Shown: in pieces, positions 9,813-18,434 of the stretch | Numbering within the stretch: position 1 is the stretch's first letter | How the letters are laid out: each line of letters begins with the position of its first letter | From: an uncultured Pelagibacteraceae bacterium | Lineage (GTDB): Bacteria; Pseudomonadota; Alphaproteobacteria; Pelagibacterales; Pelagibacteraceae | Assembly: GCA_902609235.1 (NCBI GenBank) | Contig: CACLRF010000002.1 | Coordinates: 2,425-66,424, forward strand | DNA: 64,000 bases | Direction: 5' to 3' | Translations under genes and position numbers: made by a program | The notes under the pieces: generated by a model | The model's database searches: none | What the model was told of the DNA's origin: nothing | Seen by the model: only the letters and a program-made list of their open reading frames with translations

Positions 9813-11027
9813 CTAAATTATATCTTTATGCTTTTGTCTTTTTCTTATTACTTTAATTTTTGATCCATTTATTAATAATTCTACTGGTTTAGGTCTTAAA
9901 TTATAATTTGAGCTAAGTGACATTCCATAAGCTCCCACATCACATATTGCTATCAAATCTTTTTCATTCAACACTTGAAATTTTTTTAATGTAACAAATT
10001 TATCTGTACTTTCACAAATAGGACCTACAAATTCATATGGTTCTTTAGATGTTTTGTTAGATTTTATAACAGGTAAGGTTTTGTGAAACGCACCATACAA
10101 AGCAGGTCTCATTAAATCATTCATTGCGGCATCTAATATTATAAATTTTTTACTTCCACTATCTTTTATATAGATTATTTTTGACACTAATGTTCCGGTA
10201 TCACCAACAATTGATCTACCTGGCTCAAATATAATTTTAACTTTATGTTTTCTTAAAAATTTAAGAATAGCTGTGTTGTATTTTTTATAATTAAGTTTTT
10301 TATTTTTATCAGTGTAAGTAATGCCCATTCCTCCACCTAAATCTATAAATTCAAATTTATGATTTGTTTTATTGAGAATTTGACTAACTGCTTTAAGCAT
10401 TTTTTCATAAGGTCTATGGTCTAAAATTTGACTGCCTATATGAACGCTTAGACATTTTAAGTCAATATTTTTTGAATTCTTGCAATAATTTATAATTTCA
10501 TAGAATGTATTTTTATTTACACCAAATTTATTTTCTTTTTTCCCAGTGGATATTTGACTTAATGTTTTTGCATCTGTGTTGGGGTTTAGTCTTACACCAA
10601 TTGTTATTCTTTTATTTTTTGATTTTGCTATTCGATTTATTTCTTTTATTTCACTTAAAGACTCAGCGTTAATAAGCAAAATTTTTTTATCAATAGCAAA
10701 GCTGATTTCACTTGTTGTTTTACCAACACCAGAAAATACTATTTTGCTTGGATTAATTCCTGCTTTTAGTGCTATCATTAGTTCTCCTACTGAAACAACA
10801 TCAGCACCTAATCCAAATTTTTTAATTTCTCTAATTATATTTACATTTGTATTGGATTTAACTGCAAAGCAGATAAGTGGTGAAAAAGATCTGAAGTTTT
10901 TTTTAAAATTATTAATATTTTCTTTTAATTTAGAATAGGAGTAAGAATAAAATGGAGTTCCAAATTTATTTGCAATTTTTTGGAGATTAATTTTTTCTAT
11001 TGTTAGTGTTTTATTTATGTATTTCAT
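9813..11027 (-). CDS. lysA: Diaminopimelate decarboxylase
   Basis: FAVKSN PLP lysine, HIGSQI, DLGGG, EPGRS, GPICES, GAYG. Confidence 0.97.
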   Translation of the reverse strand: MKYINKTLTIEKINLQKIANKFGTPFYSYSYSKLKENINNFKKNFRSFSPLICFAVKSNTNVNIIREIKKFGLGADVVSVGELMIALKAGINPSKIVFSGVGKTTSEISFAIDKKILLINAESLSEIKEINRIAKSKNKRITIGVRLNPNTDAKTLSQISTGKKENKFGVNKNTFYEIINYCKNSKNIDLKCLSVHIGSQILDHRPYEKMLKAVSQILNKTNHKFEFIDLGGGMGITYTDKNKKLNYKKYNTAILKFLRKHKVKIIFEPGRSIVGDTGTLVSKIIYIKDSGSKKFIILDAAMNDLMRPALYGAFHKTLPVIKSNKTSKEPYEFVGPICESTDKFVTLKKFQVLNEKDLIAICDVGAYGMSLSSNYNLRPKPVELLINGSKIKVIRKRQKHKDII

Positions 11028-11158
11028 TAAGCTAAGTTAACTGAAACTTTTTTTATTTCTGCTTTTTTATCTGGATCTACGTATTTCGGATCACCTTTTT
11101 TTCCACAAGAAATAACGGCACAAAATAATAATATAATTATGGTAAATTTTTTAATCAT
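11027..11158 (-). CDS. Small lipoprotein, LppL/LptM-like (43 aa)
   Basis: Not in ORF track. MIKKFTIIILLFCAVIS-CGKKGDP..; lipobox followed by CGxKG; fills the argH-lysA gap with overlaps at both ends. Confidence 0.8.
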   Translation of the reverse strand: MIKKFTIIILLFCAVISCGKKGDPKYVDPDKKAEIKKVSVNLA

Positions 11159-12546
11159 TTTTCTCTTTTATATTTCATTATCATTTTTTTAATATTATCA
11201 AAAGAAGTTCCACCATAAGATTTTTTCGAATTAATTGAATTTTTTAAATTAAATACTTTTAATACATCATCTTTAAGTTTAGGTTCGATTTTTCTTAATT
11301 CTTCTAAAGTCAGTTCATTTAATTTCTTTTTTCTATTTTCGGCCAAATTAACTACAGCAGCAGTTTTTTGATATGCTTTTCTAAAAGATATTGAGTGATT
11401 TTTCACAAGATAGTCAGCTAGATCAGTGGCTGTAATATATCCAGAATTAGCAAGTTCTAACATTTTACTCTTATTTGGATTACAATTTTTTAATATTTCA
11501 CCGCAAATTTTTAAACAATTATTTAGATTGTCGTTAGATTTGAAAACAATCTCCTTATCGTCTTGCAGATCTTTAAAATAAGACAGTGGTAAGCCTTTTA
11601 AAATTGTAAGCATCGAAAATAAATTTCCATAAGCGCTTCCCGATTTTCCACGCAAGTACTCTAAAAGATCAGGATTCTTTTTTTGTGGCATTATAGAAGA
11701 TCCGGTAACAACTTTATCAGATAAATTGATCAAGTTAAAAGCATCCGAATTCCAAATAATCAACTCTTCAGCAATTCTAGAAATATGCATAGCACAAACA
11801 GATGAAGCGTATAAAAAATCTAAAACAAAATCTCTATCTGAAACTGTATCAATAGAATTATTTGTAGGTATTTTAAAACCAAGTTTCTTAGTTGTATAAT
11901 TTCTATCTATATTAAATGATGTTCCTGCTAAAGCTGCAACACCTAAAGGATTTTCATTTAAACTATCTAAATTATTAGAAAATCTCTTTTTGTCTCTATT
12001 AAACATTTCTACATATGACATTAAATAATGTGCAAAAGAGATAGCTTGAGCATTTTTAAGATGTGTAAATCCAGGCATAATAGTCTCAACATTTTTTTCA
12101 GCTAAATTAATTGTGCTCTTAATAACTTTATTAATGTTATTATTTATTTCTTTGGTTGAATTCTTCATCCAAATTTTAAAATCAGTAATTACTTGATCAT
12201 TTCTTGATCTTGCAGTGTGAACGTAGCCAGCTTCTTCACCTATAATTTGAAAAAGTCTCTTTTCGATATTCATATGAATATCTTCATATTTTTTATTAAA
12301 CTCAAATTTATTGTTTGTTATTTCCTTATCAATTTTTTTTAATCCATAAATAATTTTATTTTTTATTTTGAATGAAATTATTTTTTGTTTAAAAAGCATC
12401 TCAACATGAGCAATTGATCCTTGAATATCTTCTTTATAAAGTCTTTTATCAATATCTATTGAATTACCGACTTTTTGAAACAAACTTGATGCATTTTTCT
12501 TTATCCGCGTGTTCCAGATTGCTCGGTTGTTTTTATTTTTTGTCAT
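11155..12546 (-). CDS. argH: Argininosuccinate lyase
   Basis: EDIH, HTARSRNDQV, PGFTHL, GSSIMPQKKNPD. Confidence 0.98.
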   Translation of the reverse strand: MTKNKNNRAIWNTRIKKNASSLFQKVGNSIDIDKRLYKEDIQGSIAHVEMLFKQKIISFKIKNKIIYGLKKIDKEITNNKFEFNKKYEDIHMNIEKRLFQIIGEEAGYVHTARSRNDQVITDFKIWMKNSTKEINNNINKVIKSTINLAEKNVETIMPGFTHLKNAQAISFAHYLMSYVEMFNRDKKRFSNNLDSLNENPLGVAALAGTSFNIDRNYTTKKLGFKIPTNNSIDTVSDRDFVLDFLYASSVCAMHISRIAEELIIWNSDAFNLINLSDKVVTGSSIMPQKKNPDLLEYLRGKSGSAYGNLFSMLTILKGLPLSYFKDLQDDKEIVFKSNDNLNNCLKICGEILKNCNPNKSKMLELANSGYITATDLADYLVKNHSISFRKAYQKTAAVVNLAENRKKKLNELTLEELRKIEPKLKDDVLKVFNLKNSINSKKSYGGTSFDNIKKMIMKYKREK

Positions 12547-12570
12547 GATATTTAATTATACCTATTTAAC

Positions 12571-13080
12571 ATGAGATTTTTAATAATATTTATTTTTTTG
12601 ATAACAAATGTTGTAGCTGAAGAAATACCTGGTATTAAAAATATTGTAATCCATAAAATACCAAAAACACATGATAATATTATTTTTTTAGACAAAAATG
12701 ATCAAAAAATTAATATCATTGAATATACTGGGAACTTATTGATATTAAATTTTTGGGCGACTTGGTGTGAACCTTGTAAAGAAGAAATGCCATCTTTAGA
12801 TAAACTCCAAGCCAACCCACAATTAGATAATATAAAAATTTTCACAATTAATATTGGGAAAGAAACTCTAGATAAAGTTAATAAATTTTTTATAGATCTT
12901 AAAATTAAAAATTTTGAACCTTATTTTGATCCACCCACTACATTAGCAAAAATGTTTTCTTTAAGAGGTGTCCCTACAACAATTCTAATTAATAAAGAGG
13001 GTCAAGAATTTGCTAGAGTAATAGGTTCAATTGATTTTGAAGATAAAAATTTTATTAATTGGATAAAAAAATATAATTAA
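12571..13080 (+). CDS. TlpA-family thiol:disulfide oxidoreductase
   Basis: LNFWATWCEPCKEEMP, GVPTT; signal peptide; divergent from argH. Confidence 0.9.
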   Translation: MRFLIIFIFLITNVVAEEIPGIKNIVIHKIPKTHDNIIFLDKNDQKINIIEYTGNLLILNFWATWCEPCKEEMPSLDKLQANPQLDNIKIFTINIGKETLDKVNKFFIDLKIKNFEPYFDPPTTLAKMFSLRGVPTTILINKEGQEFARVIGSIDFEDKNFINWIKKYN

Positions 13081-13280
13081 TTTTTAAAAAAATAAGCAAA
13101 GCCAACTAAAGCAATAATAGCAATAAACTGTAAAATAACTCTTAACTGCATTAATTTGTTTGAATATTTTTTACTAGTTTCTCCACCTTTAAAAAGAGTG
13201 CCTATGCCCAAAATTAAAACTATTCCTACAGCAATCAAAAGAGCTATTGATAAAACTTTTACTAATATTCCTGAAATCAT
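13077..13280 (-). CDS. HIG1-domain twin-transmembrane small protein
   Basis: Two hydrophobic helices around SNKLMQLRVILQ. Confidence 0.85.
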   Translation of the reverse strand: MISGILVKVLSIALLIAVGIVLILGIGTLFKGGETSKKYSNKLMQLRVILQFIAIIALVGFAYFFKN

Positions 13281-13329
13281 TTTTTTATTTTAGATTGTGT
13301 TTTGACATAAAAAACATAATTTATCTACT

Positions 13330-13980
13330 ATGACATTTTGCCTAGATTCCACAATTATTAAACCAGAAAATGGTGTTGAAATTAAAAATGTAATTATTTT
13401 GCTTCATGGTTATGGAGGTGATGGAAAGGATATTAGCATGTTATCTTTAAACTGGAGAAGACATATGCCTAATACAGTCTTTATTTGTCCAAATGGTCAC
13501 GAGCCATGTGCTATAAATCCCTCTGGTTATCAATGGTTTGATTTAACAAAAGAGGATTCTGATTACATATTAGAGCAATCAATCAAAGCTGAAGTAGTTT
13601 TAAAAAAATTTATTAATGAAATAAAACAAGAGTTCAAGTTATCAAATAATCAAATTTGTTTATCAGGATTCAGTCAGGGATGTATGATGTCTTTAAATGT
13701 TGGTCTTACATCTGAAGAAAAATTTTTATGTATAGTTGGTTTTTCTGGAAAGATAATAAATCAAAAAGATTTAAAAAGCAGAATCAAAAATAATACTGAA
13801 ACATTACTTATACATGGTGAAGCTGATCAAATTGTCCCATCAACACATTTACTAGAAGCAAAAGATTTTTTAATTAGAAACAACGTTAAGGTTGATACAT
13901 TATTAATAAAAAATTGTGATCATCATATTCCTATTGAAGCATCAAGTACAGCTTTAAATTTTATTTTAAAAAAAATTTAA
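13330..13980 (+). CDS. Phospholipase/carboxylesterase (alpha/beta hydrolase)
   Basis: LLHGYG, GFSQG nucleophile, HGEADQIV. Confidence 0.9.
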   Translation: MTFCLDSTIIKPENGVEIKNVIILLHGYGGDGKDISMLSLNWRRHMPNTVFICPNGHEPCAINPSGYQWFDLTKEDSDYILEQSIKAEVVLKKFINEIKQEFKLSNNQICLSGFSQGCMMSLNVGLTSEEKFLCIVGFSGKIINQKDLKSRIKNNTETLLIHGEADQIVPSTHLLEAKDFLIRNNVKVDTLLIKNCDHHIPIEASSTALNFILKKI

Positions 13981-13992
13981 CATCTCTTATTA

Positions 13993-14021
13993 TTGATAAA
14001 ATTGTTTAACTAAGTTAAAAT
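13993..14021 (+). promoter_or_regulatory. Sigma70 promoter TTGATA-N17-TAAAAT, 6 nt before the HNH start (probably leaderless)
   Basis: Near-consensus hexamers with canonical spacing; no Shine-Dalgarno before ATG 14028. Confidence 0.55.
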
Positions 14022-14027
14022 TAATTA

Positions 14028-14597
14028 ATGAATAATTTTATTGAACAAAATGTTTCATTAGAAAAGTGCCCTGCGCTAGTACTCAATGCAGACTATAGAC
14101 CTTTGAGTTACTACCCCTTGTCTTTATGGTCATGGCAGGATACTGTTAAATCAGTTTTTCTTGATCGAGTAATTATTGTCAGCAATTATGATAGAACTAT
14201 AAGAAGTCCATCATTTAATATGAAATTACCAAGTGTTATCGCATTAAAGGATTATATTGTTCCTCAAAGCAAGCCAAGTTTTACTAGATTTAATGTGTTT
14301 TTAAGAGATAAATTTTCCTGCCAATATTGTGGAAGCAATGAAGAATTAACTTTTGATCATCTATTACCTAGATCAAAGGGAGGCGAAACTAATTGGGATA
14401 ATGTTGTAACGGCTTGTTCTGCATGCAATGTGAAAAAGGGTGGAAAACTATTAAAACATTCAGGTATGAAGTTGCATCAGTACCCTTATAGACCATCAAC
14501 AGAGGATCTACATAAAAATGGTAAAAATTTTCCACCAAATTTTTTACATAAAAGCTGGATGGATTACTTATATTGGGATGTAGAACTAGAATCTTAA
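14028..14597 (+). CDS. HNH endonuclease family protein
   Basis: LVLNADYRPL, FLRDKFSCQYCG, TFDHLLPRSKGG, CSACNVKKG. Confidence 0.9.
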   Translation: MNNFIEQNVSLEKCPALVLNADYRPLSYYPLSLWSWQDTVKSVFLDRVIIVSNYDRTIRSPSFNMKLPSVIALKDYIVPQSKPSFTRFNVFLRDKFSCQYCGSNEELTFDHLLPRSKGGETNWDNVVTACSACNVKKGGKLLKHSGMKLHQYPYRPSTEDLHKNGKNFPPNFLHKSWMDYLYWDVELES

Positions 14598-15127
14598 ATT
14601 TTCTCAGAAATATTTATTGCAATTTTTGATCCGGTTTTAATAATTTTATCCAATATAGAGTATGGACCTTTTTTTGTAGCACCCTTTTCATAGGCAATAT
14701 CTTTATGACTTAATTCATCTTCTCTAAATTTAATTATTTTTTTTTTAAGTTTTGGTTCACTATTATCAAGTTGTTTTATTTGGTTTAAATAATGCTCATC
14801 TATCACTTCTTCAACAGAAGCGGTACAAAGCATAGCAGCTTTCTTACCAAGTAAAGTTGAACCAAAACCTAATCCTACACCTAATAAATCCCATAAAGGT
14901 AAAAATTTTGTCGGTTTAATATTTCTTTTTTTAATTTCTTTTTCAAAAAAATCAGAATGTTCTTTTTCATGAACTTTCATTTCCTCAATTGTTTTTTTTA
15001 AAGATTCATCTTTTACTAATGTATTTAGAGCAAGCAATTGTCCTTCATAAATTTTAACAGCACCACGTTCTCCAGCATGATCAACTCTAATAAACTCTTC
15101 TACTTTCTTTTTATTTATTGTTTCCAT
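14594..15127 (-). CDS. coq7: Demethoxyubiquinone hydroxylase (Coq7, di-iron)
   Basis: RVDHAGERGAVKIYEGQ, EKEH, VEEVIDEHY, DELSH. Confidence 0.93.
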   Translation of the reverse strand: METINKKKVEEFIRVDHAGERGAVKIYEGQLLALNTLVKDESLKKTIEEMKVHEKEHSDFFEKEIKKRNIKPTKFLPLWDLLGVGLGFGSTLLGKKAAMLCTASVEEVIDEHYLNQIKQLDNSEPKLKKKIIKFREDELSHKDIAYEKGATKKGPYSILDKIIKTGSKIAINISEKI

Positions 15128-15596
15128 AGTTCAAATAAGCTTTTGTTGCAAAATAAACAATTAATATTGATATTATAATATTGTAGCTTGTAAGCGATAA
15201 TCCTAAAATTTTAAATGTAACATCTTTGCAGCTTACATTTTTTTCTTGTAATTGTCTTAATATGTCCTCTTTTGATAGTAAATTAGAGCCATTCTTTAAA
15301 TCGCACACCAATGATTCTTCAATAAAACCTTGCTCAATACCTAGATGATATAAAGATAAAATAGTAGCAGCTAAAAAAATATAAATAAGAAAAAGAATGA
15401 AATATTTTTCAAGATTAGCAAATTTATAATTTAGTAAAATAATAATTAATGCTAATAGGTATGGAATTCTTTCTAGTATACACAAGTTACAAGGTTGATG
15501 ACCTAAAACATGTTCAATAAAAAATGCTGATAATAAAGCAATAATGCTAATTAAAAAAATTAATTTTAATGTAATTGTTTTGTTAATCTCAACCAT
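15111..15596 (-). CDS. DsbB-family disulfide bond formation membrane protein
   Basis: PCNLCILERIPY, four TM helices, second Cys pair. Confidence 0.88.
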   Translation of the reverse strand: MVEINKTITLKLIFLISIIALLSAFFIEHVLGHQPCNLCILERIPYLLALIIILLNYKFANLEKYFILFLIYIFLAATILSLYHLGIEQGFIEESLVCDLKNGSNLLSKEDILRQLQEKNVSCKDVTFKILGLSLTSYNIIISILIVYFATKAYLNYGNNK

Positions 15597-16194
15597 TAAA
15601 TTTAAAAAATAAATAAATAATAATAAATATTATAACTATAATAATTCCAATTATGGTAAACCATTTTGATCCATGTTTTTCCATGTATTTTGTAAATAAT
15701 TCTCCAAATTTATAAGATAAATATACAACTAAAAAAAATCTCAGGCCTCTTGAAATTAAGCTAACAATTATAAAAATAGGAAGATTAAATGCAATTAAAC
15801 CACTTGAAATAGTAAAGGCTTTATAGGGTAATGGAGTAAAGCCAGCTAAAAAAAGAATACTCAGCCATGCAAGGAATCCATTACCTTTAGACATGCTCAA
15901 TTTTAAATTTTCAACTTTATCTTGATAACCATAAAATTCGATTACATACACAGCTAAATCAAAAAATAAATAACCTATCAAATATCCAAAGATTCCTCCA
16001 AGAACTGAAAATATCGATGCTATTAAAAATATTTTCAAATATTCCTTTTTTTTAGCAATAACCATTGGGATTATCATTGCATCCGGAGGTATAGGAAAAA
16101 AGGAACTTTCAATAAAAGATACAAGCCCTAAATAAAAATTTGAATTTTTATGTGCAGCTAATTCTAAACATTTTTTGTAAAGTGTTTGAAACAT
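15589..16194 (-). CDS. YqaA/DedA (SNARE-associated) membrane protein
   Basis: FIESSFFPIPPD, GFTPLPYK, SRGLRF. Confidence 0.9.
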   Translation of the reverse strand: MFQTLYKKCLELAAHKNSNFYLGLVSFIESSFFPIPPDAMIIPMVIAKKKEYLKIFLIASIFSVLGGIFGYLIGYLFFDLAVYVIEFYGYQDKVENLKLSMSKGNGFLAWLSILFLAGFTPLPYKAFTISSGLIAFNLPIFIIVSLISRGLRFFLVVYLSYKFGELFTKYMEKHGSKWFTIIGIIIVIIFIIIYLFFKFNG

Positions 16195-16255
16195 TTTTTG
16201 GTTTTAATATAAATTTAGTTCTTATACTATTAAATATAATTTAATTGAATACCAG

Positions 16256-16340
16256 GGGCGAATGGCGGAACTGGTAGACGCGCACGACTCAAAATCGTGT
16301 TTCGCAAGAAGTGAGAGTTCGATTCTCTCTTCGCCCACCA
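16256..16340 (+). tRNA. tRNA-Leu (CAA)
   Basis: Acceptor GGGCGAA/TTCGCCC-A-CCA, anticodon arm CACGA-CTCAAAA-TCGTG, long variable arm, GTTCGA T-loop. Confidence 0.97.
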
Positions 16341-16347
16341 AGAAACT

Positions 16348-18078
16348 ATGAATTTAGATAATTTAAATAATTTGATCGAATTATTTGCTAATCAAGCAAA
16401 TAAACAAAATAAAAGAGATATTTTTTTAGAATGGCTAAACCCAAATAATAAAAAAACATATACATGGGAGCAAACTGAAAAGAATATTTTAAAATTATCA
16501 AAAGTTATTAAAGAAAATATAAAAGAAGGCGATAGATGTCTTTTAGTTTCGGAGAATAGACCTGAGTGGTTTGTTTCTGATTTAGCTATAATGTTAGCTG
16601 GTGGAATTACAGTTCCAGCATATACAACTTATATAGAAGATGATTATAAGTATTTGATAGAAGATTGTGAACCTAGCTTAGTTATAGTTTCAAATAATGA
16701 AATGCTAAGAAAATTAAATAATATAATTAATAAAAAAGATTTAATTAAAAAAGTTATAACTTTAGATGAAATAGCTAAAGTAACAAATAATTTAAGTTTA
16801 AATAACAAAGAAAAATATTTAGATTATAATTCTATTTTAAAGAATAATTTATTAGTAGACGATAAAATTGAAAATAATAAATTAAAAAGAAATTCTCCTG
16901 CATGTATTATTTATACTTCTGGTACTGGCGGAAATCCTAAGGGAGTGATTTTAAGTCACGGTGGAATTTTAAATAATGTTGTTGGATCGTGTGAAATTAC
17001 AAAACCATTATTTAACTCAAGACCAGTATTTTTAACTTGGCTTCCGCTGTCTCATTCCTATGAGCACTGTCTTCAATTTGTACAGATAGCAGTAGGAGCT
17101 AGAGTATTCTATGCTGAAAAAATTGAAAAACTTCTAGAAAATATATCTGAAGCAAAGCCTACAATTATGGCAGCTGTCCCGAGGTTTTACCAAAACCTTT
17201 ACAACAAAATAAACATGAATTTAAAAAAACAAACGGGCTTTAAAGCAAAATTAATTGAAGCAACTCTTCGTCTGGGAAGAAAAAAACTATTAAATCAAAA
17301 CATGACTTTTTATGAAAAATTGCTAGATTTTATAGTTGATAAATTAGTTAGAAAGAAAATAAAAAAACAGTTTGGTGGAAATTTAAAAGCTTTCGTTTCA
17401 GGTGGTGGTGCTTTAGATAAAGAAATAGGTGAATTTTTAAATGCTATAGGATTACCAACACTTCAGGGATACGGCTTAACAGAAACATCACCAGTGGTAA
17501 GTTGCAATCCAATACACAAAATAAAAGTAGAAACTGTAGGACCTCCATTTAAAGGAAATGAAGTTAAAATTGCTGAAGATGGAGAAATTTTAGTTAAAGG
17601 TGAAAATGTAATGTTAGGATATTGGAACAAAAAAGAAGAAACTGAAAAAGTAATAATAAACGGATGGTTACATACAGGTGATATTGGAGAGATAGATCCA
17701 AATGATGGCTATTTAAAAATAACTGATAGAAAAAAAGATATCATAGTAAGTGCTGGAGGAGATAATATTTCACCAGCCAAAATTGAAAATATGATTACAA
17801 ATGAGCCCGAGATAGATCAATGCATGGTTTATGGCGATAAAAAAAATTATTTAGTTGCTTTAATTGTTCCTAATAAAGATTTTTTAAATGAAAAAGAAAA
17901 AATAAATAAAGTAATTGAAAAAATAAATAAAAAATTAACTTTATTAGAAAAAATAAAAAGAATTCAATTAATAGATGAAAATTTTTCTATTGAAAATGGT
18001 TTAATGACACCAACAATGAAAGTAAAAAGAAAAAAAGTTACAGAAAAATATAAAAATCAGCTAGAAAATCTCTATTAA
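16348..18078 (+). CDS. Long-chain-fatty-acid-CoA ligase (AMP-forming)
   Basis: IIYTSGTGGNPKG, GYGLTET, WLHTGDIG, DRKKD, TPTMKVKR. Confidence 0.93.
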   Translation: MNLDNLNNLIELFANQANKQNKRDIFLEWLNPNNKKTYTWEQTEKNILKLSKVIKENIKEGDRCLLVSENRPEWFVSDLAIMLAGGITVPAYTTYIEDDYKYLIEDCEPSLVIVSNNEMLRKLNNIINKKDLIKKVITLDEIAKVTNNLSLNNKEKYLDYNSILKNNLLVDDKIENNKLKRNSPACIIYTSGTGGNPKGVILSHGGILNNVVGSCEITKPLFNSRPVFLTWLPLSHSYEHCLQFVQIAVGARVFYAEKIEKLLENISEAKPTIMAAVPRFYQNLYNKINMNLKKQTGFKAKLIEATLRLGRKKLLNQNMTFYEKLLDFIVDKLVRKKIKKQFGGNLKAFVSGGGALDKEIGEFLNAIGLPTLQGYGLTETSPVVSCNPIHKIKVETVGPPFKGNEVKIAEDGEILVKGENVMLGYWNKKEETEKVIINGWLHTGDIGEIDPNDGYLKITDRKKDIIVSAGGDNISPAKIENMITNEPEIDQCMVYGDKKNYLVALIVPNKDFLNEKEKINKVIEKINKKLTLLEKIKRIQLIDENFSIENGLMTPTMKVKRKKVTEKYKNQLENLY

Positions 18079-18197
18079 ACTATTTAATTAAAATTGTTTA
18101 TTAACCGCATAAACATTAACTAAATTAATAAAAAAAAGTTTTATAAAATTAAAAAGTTAAAAATTATTTTTATAAAATTTAACTTTTAATTAAAGAA

Positions 18198-18226
18198 TTG
18201 ACATAACTTATAGAAAAAAATAAAAA
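18198..18226 (+). promoter_or_regulatory. Promoter TTGACA-N17-TAAAAA for the basic peptide gene
   Basis: Perfect -35 with AT-rich upstream sequence; -10 lacks the final T. Confidence 0.55.
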
Positions 18227-18237
18227 TATGTTAACAG

Positions 18238-18254
18238 CGAATCAATTTGATTCG
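18238..18254. promoter_or_regulatory. Palindrome CGAATCAA-T-TTGATTCG containing two GANTC sites (putative operator)
   Basis: Perfect 8-bp inverted arms just downstream of the predicted start site. Confidence 0.5.
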
Positions 18255-18278
18255 TTTAACTAAAAAAGGGAGCTAAAG

Positions 18279-18371
18279 ATGCCTAAGAAAAGAAGAAAAG
18301 CGGCAAAGAAAACTAAGAAAAAAGCTAAGAAAAAAGCTAAGAAAAAAGCAAAAAAAAGAAGAAGAAAATAG
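18279..18371 (+). CDS. 30-aa Lys/Arg-rich protamine/histone-H1-like peptide
   Basis: Not in ORF track. MPKKRRKAAKKTKKKAKKKAKKKAKKRRRK*; AAGGGAG RBS before the ATG, promoter upstream, terminator downstream. Confidence 0.8.
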   Translation: MPKKRRKAAKKTKKKAKKKAKKKAKKRRRK

Positions 18372-18389
18372 TAACTTAGTATTCTTTAC

Positions 18390-18434
18390 AAAAAACGCTT
18401 CTCATTACAGTTTGTGTGAGAGGCGTTTTTTTTT
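18390..18434. terminator. Bidirectional rho-independent terminator between the basic peptide and carD
   Basis: AAAAAACGCTTCTCA..TGAGAGGCGTTTTTTTTT; A-tract and T-tract flank the stem. Confidence 0.85.

Noticed and set aside
14028-14597. HNH as a mobile homing endonuclease or defence system
   Set aside because: Not inside an intron, no partner methylase, and it resembles the stand-alone HNH family common in Alphaproteobacteria
18179-18193. CtrA box TTAA-N7-TTAA next to the basic-peptide promoter
   Set aside because: Expected by chance at this AT content, and I cannot confirm that ctrA exists in this genome
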